DNA of 64,000 nt from contig OX597823.1 of NCBI GenBank assembly GCA_951406725.2, positions 113,584,001-113,648,000 of the forward strand, in the 5' to 3' direction. The notes below the pieces were generated by a model that was given only the letters and a program-made list of their open reading frames with translations, had not been told where the DNA came from and ran no database searches. Made by a program: the position numbers and the translations under genes. The DNA is from Octopus vulgaris. Its lineage: Eukaryota. The stretch's first letter is position 1; each line of letters opens with the position of its first letter. Of the stretch, positions 43,950 to 54,377 are shown in pieces.

Positions 43950-44720
43950 TGAATAGGCTGGGGTGTTGTAATGTTTTTGTAGTGAGAGATTCTTTACAAT
44001 TTAATGTAAGCTTCTTGTCTCAAAACCTATTTGATATTGAGTGCTTGGATATCTTCTATTTCTGTGCTTCTTTTATCTCCCTTTGTTTATCGGTGTGTCT
44101 TTTTCTTGAAGATACGAGAATCATTGTATTTTATTTTAAATATTTATTTGTACTTCGATTCTTCACGTTTTCCTTTGGGTTTAGAGTTTCTAATATGAGA
44201 CCTTTTGTGAGACTATCGATTTCCCTCTGTGATTACTGAGCCGGCTGCATAGAATATCTGATTTATCTTGACGATATTAATCTCCGCATATATTTCCACT
44301 ATATGTATGATGACCTAGTTTGCTTTGCTTTTACTTTTTGCTATTTCATCATTAACTTTGATCTTTCTGAATGTCTTTCGTTGATCCGTCGTAAGATATT
44401 CTATTGATTTAAAATCTTTAACGGTTTCCCTGTTTATATTCTTGTCGTATTTTATTATTTCACTTTAGATATTTCTACTCCTAGATTTTTTGCATTTTCT
44501 CTCTGTTCATATTTGCGTTTCTATACATTACGATCAACTTCTTTTTTTTTATGAATATATTGTATGAATGCTGGGACTGTTTTGTTGTTTCATTGTTTAT
44601 TGAGTTTGCTTGATTGTTACAACTTCATTTCTCTGATTTGTTTTCTTGATGTTTATACTTTTAAAGATATTATTTTCGTTGCTTTAACTTCTGAGGTTGT
44701 TTATCAACGTCAGATGCAAT
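43950..44720 (-). mobile_element. Possible ancient RTE-type LINE reverse transcriptase remnant
   Basis: A-rich minus strand with weak fragments AKNLGVEISKVK and NINRETVKDFKSIEYL, resembling the RT 'GLxINxxKT' and 'VxxFxYLG' regions. Confidence 0.35.
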
Positions 44721-44752
44721 TCTTCCATGTGCACGCTCTCTGTCTCTCTCCC

Positions 44753-44843
<91 letters not shown>

Positions 44844-46374
44844 TGTATGTTGAATTTTCATGTCATGTATGCTGAATATTGTAGTAGTTTAATTTTGATA
44901 CTAAAGTATATTTGTAAAACAGGTTTGTTGAATGGAAATGAATTCCACTCGAGTCTATTTATTCCATTTCCTGTTTATTTATTATATTTACGGTTTAATG
45001 TACAGTTCTCTTCATTTATATTAGTATTATTTCCATCGAATTCTGGTCTCTGTTTCATTTCTTACGATGCACATTATTTTCTTTAATTTCTGTTTTACGT
45101 ATCACTTTGAAATATTCTTTGTGGAAAAAATACGCCCAATATGAAACTGACTTATAAATTATTACCAAGTTTTGAAATTGTGGCTAAGGTTAGCAATATA
45201 TCGGTCACTAGGCGGTGGCGAATGACAATAATATTGATTAGTACGTCGAAGTAAAAAATGAGCTGAAGATTTAAAGAAACGCCTGTAAGAGAGGTAATAT
45301 ATACAAGTGCGATCACTTCGGCTATAAAAGGAGTGGTGTAAGAGGTTGATATATTGATACTAGAGAAAGAAATATGCTTACAGAAGGGCAAATAGCGGGT
45401 GAAACTAATGATGGGCTTGGAAGTAAAAGTGCTGGAAGTGCTGGCAACGAAAGATGGAGATGTAGACAAATTTTTTCAACAAGATGGAGGTTAGAACTGT
45501 GACAGAGGGAATTATGGCCAAGTCAACTGATATGGAAATGCTCAGAAAATGCAGAACATCGCATTCTATTGCTCTCGTTTTTTTGTATATATATAATATC
45601 AGTCGAACGATTGAGTAAACGGAAGCATAGACATTTATATTTATAGAGTAATTAACCCCCACCCCCCAGCACACACACCTCAATCATTACAAGCTTGTGG
45701 TGTAATCTAAAGCGACAAATTTACGAGAATGGACGCCGATTTAGGATCAAGGATGAACTGTGGATGGCAATGGTAGATGTAACCCGTGGTATAACATCAG
45801 AATAGACCCAGAAGGTAGCATGTTCCTTGGAACAGCGTCTTTTCCAACATATCTCTACAAACCATCATATATCCCTTACTAACGTATATTTTTCGAACAC
45901 TGTTTATTTGTTTATTCTTATTTCTTCTTCGGTTATGCCTCTATGTATTCATTTCAGTATATACACCAAGCAATTAAATCGGTATATTTCTTGTGTACAT
46001 GAGTTTTAATTAAACCTCAGTAATAATTTGAGAAAGTGAAAGTTAAAGTAAATTTGGTAAATGGCCATAGTTTTTCAAATGCAACACACAGATAACTGTT
46101 ACCGCCATTCTGTGAAAACTTAGTTGAATTTCAACGAGTGGGTTTTCAATAAAAGACAAATTACAGCGTGTGTGTGTTTGTGTGTTCAGAGATGAATTAG
46201 AAGCAGGAAAAGTGTTATAAACAATATCGAACACACACACAAACTCTATATATGTGCTTTGCTGTTTCACCTACGCTTCTGTTACAATCCATAAAATGTT
46301 GGATTGTCGTAACGCCGACTTCCGTATACAGTATCCTTAGTAAAACCAGTAAATACACGACTATTTCTCACCGC

Positions 46375-46515
46375 CCTTTCTTTTATTGGCCACACAGGGT
46401 CAAACACTGAGGGGATAGCACATGTTGGGGACAGTAAAACATAGATGGAAAGAATAAATTAGATAGAATGATAAATGAAATGAAGCCGTTCGGCCCCACC
46501 TCCGAGCGACTTCAT
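46375..46515 (-). mobile_element. Short Tx1/L1-like 3'-UTR fragment
   Basis: tttcttttattggccacacagggtcaaacactgaggggat...atgaagccgttcggccccacc resembles 20381-20580. Confidence 0.5.
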
Positions 46516-46922
46516 GTTGGGAGTGTCGTTGCTTCAGCTGTTGTTCTTGAAACTGAAGATGCTGCTCTTGTTGTCCCTGTAGTTGCTGCTGCTACAGTTG
46601 TTGTTCTTTCAGTTGCTGTTGTTACTGTTTTTGTGACTCGAGCAAAGTGGACTACAAATTTTCCATGATTGTACGATATTTTCGAAAAATTCACACAACA
46701 AAAAATTTTGGAGGTTTGTTAACTCCTCGTGAGTTCAGTTCTATTTTTAAGAGATGAGGAATTATGTACATTATTTATATTCGACGCATATTTGTCCTCA
46801 TCTTGTTTGTTGTAAACACAACGCTTCTGCTGATACACCCTCCAGCCTTCTTCAGTTGTCTTGGGGAAATTTCGAACCTGGGTTCTCATTCCTAAGGTAT
46901 TTTTTCGATGTTGTTGTTATTG

Positions 46923-47009
<87 letters not shown>

Positions 47010-47010
47010 G

Positions 47011-47101
<91 letters not shown>

Positions 47102-47104
<3 letters not shown>

Positions 47105-50021
47105 TAGTTTTATTTTTATTTTTATAGCGTGCTTTCACTTCACTACCGAGCGCAGCTCTGTGTGCCTTGGGTATGTGCTGTGATTTGTTGTGATGCTCTG
47201 ATGGTTATTGTATGGAAAGTGTTCTGCGTAGGATGTGGGCAGTGCCTAGTAGTGCAATTTTCTGTATGTTATATGTGTTTGTAAGTCCTGGTGTTTTTGT
47301 TATGTATTTGTCTGAATATTTTTTTATCATGCCTAATGCACCTACTATGATAGGAATTGTTTCTGTTTTCAGATTCCACATTCTAGTTACCTCTATTTCC
47401 AGGTCTTTGTATTTTGAGAGTTTCTCCATTTCTTTTAGAGACACGTTGTCATCTGCCGGTATTGATACATCAATTAAAAAGCATTTTTTTCTTCATGATC
47501 TCTGACAACTATATCTGGTCTGTTGGCCTTAATTTCTCTATCTGTGTGTATCGGCATATCCCAGAGTATGGTTGCTTTCTCGTTTTCTGTGACCTTTTCT
47601 GGTGTGTGCCTATACCATCTTTTTTCTGTTGTTATTCCATAATGTTGGCATAGCTTCCAATGTATGTAGGTTCCAACTCTGTCATGTCTGTGAATATATT
47701 CCTTCTTAGCCAGGACTGGGCAGCTAGAGATAATAGGATTTATTGTTTCTTGTCCATCTCCACATATTCTGCAGTTACTTGTAATATTTCTTTTCATTAC
47801 ATGTTTTTGGTAATTTCTGGTGGGGAGGCTTTGGTCTTGTGCTGCAATTAAAAATCCCTCTGTTTCTGCTTTGAGTCCTGAGCTTCTCAACCATTGCTGG
47901 GATTTTTCTTTATCTATTTCTTTTGCGTTTAGTTTAGTGCAGTATTTACCATGAAGGGGCTTTTCTTGCCATCGTTTTATCATGGTTCGTTGCTGTTCTG
48001 TTTTTAGTTTGGATTTCATTTGTTTTATAGCTTTTGTTGTTTCTTCATCTTCTTCTTCTTCTTCTTCTTCATGTTTATTAGGTGGTATGATTTCTTGTTT
48101 GTATTTGTCAGCTTCCTTAAATACTGAGAACAGTTTTTTGTTTTGCTCGTGTTTTGCCGCTATCTGGATCAGTTTTCCTTCCTTCTGAAGTAGATATTTT
48201 TGCAGTCCTATGGTGGTTATTTTATAGTAGTTTTCCAGCTGTATAAGGCCTCTACCACCTTCTATACATTGTATATATAGTCTTTCTATGTCAGATTTTG
48301 GGTGATGCATCCTAGATCCTGTCATTATTTTTCTTGTTTTCCTATCTATTTTGGCCAGTTCATTTCGTGTCCAGTTAAGGATACTGTAGCTGTAACTTAT
48401 AACTGGGACAGCTAAAGTGTTGATACCTATTATCTTGTTTTTAGCATTGAGCTCTGTGTTTAGTATTGATCTAACTCGTCTATAATATTCTTTTTATATT
48501 TTCTCTTTCATTTGTGTGTGTTGTGTCTTATCTAGTTCATGGATTCCTAAGTATTTGTAAGTTTGGCTTTGGTCTAATTCTTTTATTTCATTGGTTTTAT
48601 CTAGTGTGATGTTGTTACTCTTAACTAGTTTTCCTCTTTTCATGGTTACTTTGGCGCATTTTTCTAATCCAAATTTCATATCTATTTCTTTGGTAAATCC
48701 ATGAACTGTCTTTAATAGTGTTTCCAGCTGTTTGTCATTTGCAGCGTATAGTTTTAGGTCATCCATATATAAAAGGTGGCTGATCGTTTTGCCGTAACAT
48801 TTATATCCGCATCCAGTTCTATTTAGCATATCAGATAGAGGTGACAGTGCCAAGCAGAAAAGGAGTGGAGAGAGCGTGTCTCCCTGGAATATTCCTCTTC
48901 TAATGGGGATGTCTTTGGTTTTCATGAGTCCCTCTTTTGTTTGGAGGTGTAGGACTGTTTGCCATTTATTCATAGAGTGCTCTATGAATTTTATGATTGT
49001 TGGTGCTACTTTGTTAATGGCTAGTGTTTCGAGGATCCATGTGTGGGGGATGCTATCAAACGCCTTTTTGTAGTCAATCCAGGTCATACTGAGGCCTTTC
49101 TTCTTTCTGTGGCTGTCTTCAGTTATGGCTTTATTAATCATTAGTTGATCTTTACAGCCATATGAGCCTTTGCGGCATCCTTTCTGCTCTTCTGGGAACA
49201 GTTTGTTTTCGTCCAGGTGCTTGTTCAGCCTTTGTGATATCACTGCAGTAAATGCCTTGAACATAGTAGGGAGGCAGGTTATTGGTCTGTAGTTTTCTGG
49301 TTTTTCTGTTTCATTTGATTTGGGAATTAAGATGATTTTCCCCTTCGTGAGCCATTCAGGCATTGTCTCTGGCTCTGCTAGTACGTTGTTAAAGTTTTCA
49401 GCCAGCTTTTTGTGCATTCCTGTTAGATATTTCAACCAGAATTTGGGAATCTTGTCATGCCCAGGTGCCTTCCAGTTGCTTAGTCTTTGCAGTGCCTGGG
49501 TGACCTCTTCAGTTTTTTATGGGGGTCCAAAGTTGTTCAGATGCCGAGTTTGTAATTTTGATACTCCTTTCTTTTGGTGGTTCGTTCGCCGACCATATCT
49601 CTCTCCAGAATTCTTCCAATTCTTCTGCCGTTGGTGCTGCAGTGACTTCTATTTTATTTTTGCCCAGTTCTTGGTAGAACTTTTTGGGGTTGGAGCTGAA
49701 CTTTTTGTTTTCTTCAAAGAAGCGTTGGCGTTTCTTGTACCGGCGGGTCCTTTGTGCTTTGGCAAGGATATCTTGCTTCAGCTTTTCTTTTATTTCAGGC
49801 AAATATTTCTCTGTCATGTTATATTTGCGGAGTATTTTTGTTCTCTTTTTGTTGCTCAGTAGCGTTGATTCTTTGCTGATTTCATTAAGAATCGACAGGT
49901 CTTTTCTAATTTTTTTTATTTTGCTTTGGATGTTATTTATCCACAGTGTTTGTTTGGGTGGTGGTACTCCTGTTTGGGCGGGTTTGGGTGAGTATCCAGC
50001 TTCTTTTGTGGCTGCAGTGGC

Positions 50022-50022
<1 letters not shown>
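47102..50022 (-). mobile_element. Dong/R4-clade restriction-like-endonuclease LINE, 5'-truncated, inserted in (TAA)n
   Basis: RT motifs YRPITCL, EQKGC, WIDYKKAFDS, RGIFQGDTLSPLLF and LLYMDDLKL; zinc knuckle CRICG..ETINPIISSC; RHD; RPDIVV; KYKDL; QKIALLGTAHIL. A few frameshifts. Both ends lie in TAA repeats. Confidence 0.93.
48494..49435 (-). pseudogene. Reverse transcriptase domain of the Dong/R4 LINE
   Basis: 313-aa frame containing the core RT motifs, bounded by frameshifts. Confidence 0.92.
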
Positions 50023-50064
<42 letters not shown>

Positions 50065-50080
50065 ATTATTATTATTATTA

Positions 50081-50139
<59 letters not shown>

Positions 50140-50266
50140 GTTGTTGTTGTTTTTGTTGTTGTTGTTGATGTTGTTGCTGTTGTTGTTGTTATTGTTCAGG
50201 TCACTGCTTAGTATCGAACTCGGAATCTTGGGGTTAGTAGCCCGTGCTCTTAACCACTACGCCCAC

Positions 50267-50537
50267 GGGCATATGGCGTTGTGGTTACGAGCGCGGGCTA
50301 CTTAACCCAAGATTCCGAGTTCGAGTCCAAGCAGTGACCTGAACAATAACAATAATAATAATAATAATAACATCGAAACAATACCTTAGGAATGAGAACC
50401 CAGGTTCGAAATTTTCCCAAGACACCTGAAGAAGGCTGGAGGGTATATCAGCCGAACGTTGTGTTAAAAACAAACATGATGAAGACAAATATCCTTCAAA
50501 TGTAAATAATGTAAATAATGTAAATAATGTCCTCCAT
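50267..50537 (+). mobile_element. SINE family E, right arm (tRNA head, (AAT)n, hammerhead-like tail)
   Basis: A-box TGGCGTTGTGG, B-box GAGTTCGAGTCC, (AAT)n, then a tail containing CTGAAGA-A-GGCTG...CAGCC-GAA-CGTT. Confidence 0.85.
50421..50465 (+). ncRNA. Degenerate minimal (Penelope-type) hammerhead ribozyme motif
   Basis: GACAC-CTGAAGA-A-GGCTG(gagggtatat)CAGCC-GAA-CGTT-GTGTT. A second copy at 46815-46860 (-) has GAAG. Both copies are mutated at the GAAA box. Confidence 0.6.
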
Positions 50538-52427
50538 CGCGAGTTTATTAATTCCACGTAAATTATTTAAATCCTCGTCGCCATGTTATATCCTTAGAAT
50601 GTTGGATTGTTATAACGCCCACTTCGGTATACAATACACTTAGTAAAGCCAGTAAAGGTACTACTATCTCTGATCGCATACTACGTACTCTGGTACTTCA
50701 CGTACTTCTCTTTACATATAATGACTATGTTATTCCATTGGTCACGTGGGAGTGGTGTACCTTTATTTTTAATTCCCTACAACAATTCTTTTCGATATAT
50801 TGGAGCTGACGCTCACAAAGTTCTGGATGTTAAAACACCTGGAGATTTATCATGATCAGGTGAGACATTTCACCTCATGGTTCAGAATAGATAAAGCACG
50901 ATGTTTCGTCACTTTTGTGATTTATCAACATCACGAACCCGGACCAATTCTAAGGCAAATTGAATAGACCGCCCGTAACTATATATAAATAGATGCAAGG
51001 ACCGGCTCTTTGAGAGAGTCATCTACAATGCGCCGAATCGCAGCCGATCGGTCGAATGATCGGTTCACTTTTCTTTTCTTTTCGATTCACCTAGCGGAAA
51101 CGAAACTATTTACTTTGTTGAGATGCATATCAGAAACAGATGTAAGATTATGTGCACAAATTCATGATTTTTTAAAGACCATTATTTTTTGCTTTTTCTT
51201 GTATATGACTCTGTGTTGCCATACCATATTAACTGGTGAATGCAACCAAGGAATTAGAAAGTCAACTCGTGCTGGATTTTAACTTCCGATTTTGCCTTAG
51301 GATTATCCAGAGTTCTATACCAATCAGAAAACCTTTTAATGTGGTGCGTTGGTATTTGCAGTGAGCTTAAGAAGAATCTTATCAGGATCAATAATCCCTT
51401 ATCAATATCTATATATTCACAGGCACACCAACACTCGTATATATATGTATGTATGAATGTATGTATAGCGTTACAGATACTGGTTTCAAATCTTGAACTC
51501 GTAATTCTTCACACGCTTCTTTAGGAGAGTGAATAAACCCAATTCAAAATTATTGGTATTTAGAATCTAGAAAATAAAATGACAGTGTAGTCACTAGAAT
51601 ACACAATATTCCAGCCTGTTCTAGTATAGGAAACACCAAGCCATACTCATATAACGGCGGCAGTTGATTATATTTCACGGACATCTTTGAGATCTTGACA
51701 TGTAAGAATAATGCTATTGACAAATTTGAAAAATTACGTTTAAGCATTATGTATAATTATATCTTGTCGCTCTAGTAGAATTGTACTTGTCATCAATTAT
51801 CTTAACAACAGATAAGTGGGGAATACGTCTTAGCGTCATATTTGAAAACCTTGTCATTTTGAAGGGTGATTGACTTGCTTTCAATGTAACTGTATCGTTT
51901 ATTGCAAAACATAAACTACCCATAAAAAAGAAACTCACTGGTCGCCGGCTTTAATATCTGCACTCACAAATTCCAATTTCATTCTGTTTGTCCCTACCTC
52001 CATAGACAAATTGCATTTTGCCGAACGATGACTGAATTCTCCAGAAGGAAAGGAATGGCTAAGCAACTATGTGGATTCTCATAATGTCATGTAATATATT
52101 ATGTGATGTACATCGTATTCGTAATAAATAATGAGGGAAATGAATTCCGTGCAATGTAAACAATCAAATCGTTATTGTTTACTAAAAGGTACACCGCGTG
52201 TACAATGCCTGATACTCGGATTAGCAGGATAGCCGTGGCTCCAAAGCTCTGTTTAACTCTGAATGTATCGCAATACTGACTACTCAAACGGAGTAACGTG
52301 TTAGTTAGCTATACTGGCAGATGCTTCCAACTTGATTTCCCAAGATCTAGTTATTCCTCATTGCTTTACTATATGCGTTTGCGTCTGTGAATGTGTGAGT
52401 ACGCATGTTTGCATGTGTATGTATATA

Positions 52428-52729
52428 ACGATCGTGACCGACCAGGCTATCAGATGTTGCTACACATCGCTGGTCACGATGCGTTTAGCCTTGTTTTAGC
52501 CTTCAAGTGACGCCGCTCCGCTGGCTAAGCGAGCAGGCCAACAAAGGAAAGAGTGAGAGAAAGTTGTGGCGAAAGAGTACAGCAGGGATCACCACCACCC
52601 CCTGCCGGATCCTCGTGGAGCTTTAGGTGTGTCCGCTCAATAAGCACTCACAACACCCGGTCTGGGAATCGAAAACGCGATCCTTCAACCGCGAGTCTGT
52701 TGCCCTAACCACTGGGCCATTGCGCCTCC
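52428..52729 (-). mobile_element. tRNA-derived SINE, family D (shares head and mid-body with family C)
   Basis: Head GGAGGCGCAATGGCCCAGTGGTTAGGGC...TTCGATTCCCAGACCGG, shared TTTCGCCACAACTTTCTCTCACTCTTTCCT, and a different 3' tail. Confidence 0.85.
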
Positions 52730-52736
52730 ACTGTCT

Positions 52737-52980
<244 letters not shown>

Positions 52981-53190
52981 ATAATAGATATAATATGTGT
53001 ATGTGTATACATGATTGTGCTTATGCTTGTGGTTTGTTGAAATTATCCAGTACATTTTACGGTTAACACATGTAATACTACCTTAACAACATTAAGAACT
53101 ACAGCTTAATTGGCTTGCTTTCCCAAGAATATTTGATCTTTAAGAACCAGGTGTCGTCACACATACAGAAACTTGTAATTTATCCCTCTA

Positions 53191-53264
<74 letters not shown>

Positions 53265-53347
53265 GTGAAAAGGAACACACGAGTTGATATATATGAAAAA
53301 ACAAGTAAAAAATAGAAAATGCTAAAATAATTTTATAGTGAACATTT

Positions 53348-53385
53348 CAGTACCGGTTTCGGTCATTTTGAGACCTTTTCAACTG
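53348..53385 (-). ncRNA. Minimal hammerhead ribozyme in the inverted pLTR copy
   Basis: Reverse complement of 57266-57303. Confidence 0.72.
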
Positions 53386-54377
53386 TAACGATTAAATAAT
53401 TAAATTTAGAAAAATTAGAAGAAAAGTTTTTTTAAAAGAATATTTCTATAGTAGTGTTCAGATTTAAGTGGCATTCTGCCTTTCTCTGACTCCCTTGTTT
53501 GCACTTGTGTGTTCGAGGTAGTTGTGAGTTCTTGGTAGGGTAGTAGAGGGAAGGCTGGTGAGGAAAGGGGGTGGGAGAATCTGGGAGTGCCCTGATGGTC
53601 GTATTTTGAATGGTCAGTGGCGGCTGGCAGTCTCAGTTCAATTCAGGATTGTTTATAGAATTAGCGTAGGTGTTATACTAAAAAACATTAGTGACAAACT
53701 TAAGGGGTAGGGGGTGGAGAAGAAGAAGAAGAAGAAGAAGAAGAGAGAAGAAGAAGAAGAAGGAGAAGGAGAAGATGATGGTGATGGTGGTGATGATTAT
53801 GACGACGATGATGATGAAGAAGAAGAAGAAGAAGAAGAAGAAGAAGAAGAAGAAGAAGGAGAAGAAGAAGAAGAAGGAGGAGAAGGAGAAGATGGTGGTG
53901 ATGATGGTGGTGATGATGATGACGCCGATGATGATGATAACGATGATGATGAAGAAGAAGAAGAAGAAAAAAACAGAGAAGGGAGAATATGAATGGGTGT
54001 AAATATAGCTATGAAGGGGCTGATTAGTAATGGATTCTATGGAGTGTAGTATTTGTGTGTGTATATATATTTTTTTCTTTTATTCTAAAGTTGAGGTATA
54101 TTAATTGTTTGTCGTAGACCCGTTAAGAAGTGGCTTGTATTTTGTAATAAAGAGATTTTCTTTACTTATTCTTTGTCTCGAGGTTGTATCGTCCCTAAAT
54201 TGGTAGAGGGGGAAAATTCTGAAGTTTGGTGTTTTTTTGTTGGCGCAAGTATCTATGTGTTGGCTAAAAGCTATTTTTCTGTTTTGAACTCACAAGGAAC
54301 TAACAGCAAACCAAATAAACATACTTTCCAAAGGACTCAAGTTTACACCCACCCCACAACACCCCAACTACAATGAA

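Larger units (their letters stand above)
46736..50263 (-). mobile_element. SINE family E, left arm of a head-to-head dimer, split by the Dong LINE
   Basis: Head at 50190-50263 and tail at 46736-46915 are reverse complements of 50267-50537; the internal (AAT)n tract contains the LINE. Confidence 0.85.
46280..50784 (-). mobile_element. Gypsy-like LTR retrotransposon remnant hosting nested insertions
   Basis: 201-bp TG...CA LTR at 50584-50784, followed on the minus strand by PBS-like TGGCGACGAGG (50583-50573). Gln-rich gag-like start MENL*STLLESQKQ*QQLKEQQL... at 46666 (-). Partial second LTR at 46280-46374. Confidence 0.7.

Noticed and set aside
49320-50305. Plus-strand ORFs of 119-180 aa
   Set aside because: Antisense shadows of the Dong LINE ORF plus microsatellite.
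50267-50340. Possible tRNA genes at SINE heads (also near 14346, 34502, 52729 and 57504)
   Set aside because: A and B boxes are present but there is no convincing cloverleaf or terminator, and each continues into a SINE body.
53691-54002. Lys-rich and Glu/Asp-rich ORFs (also 56630-56938)
   Set aside because: They are the microsatellite inside the PLE terminal repeat.
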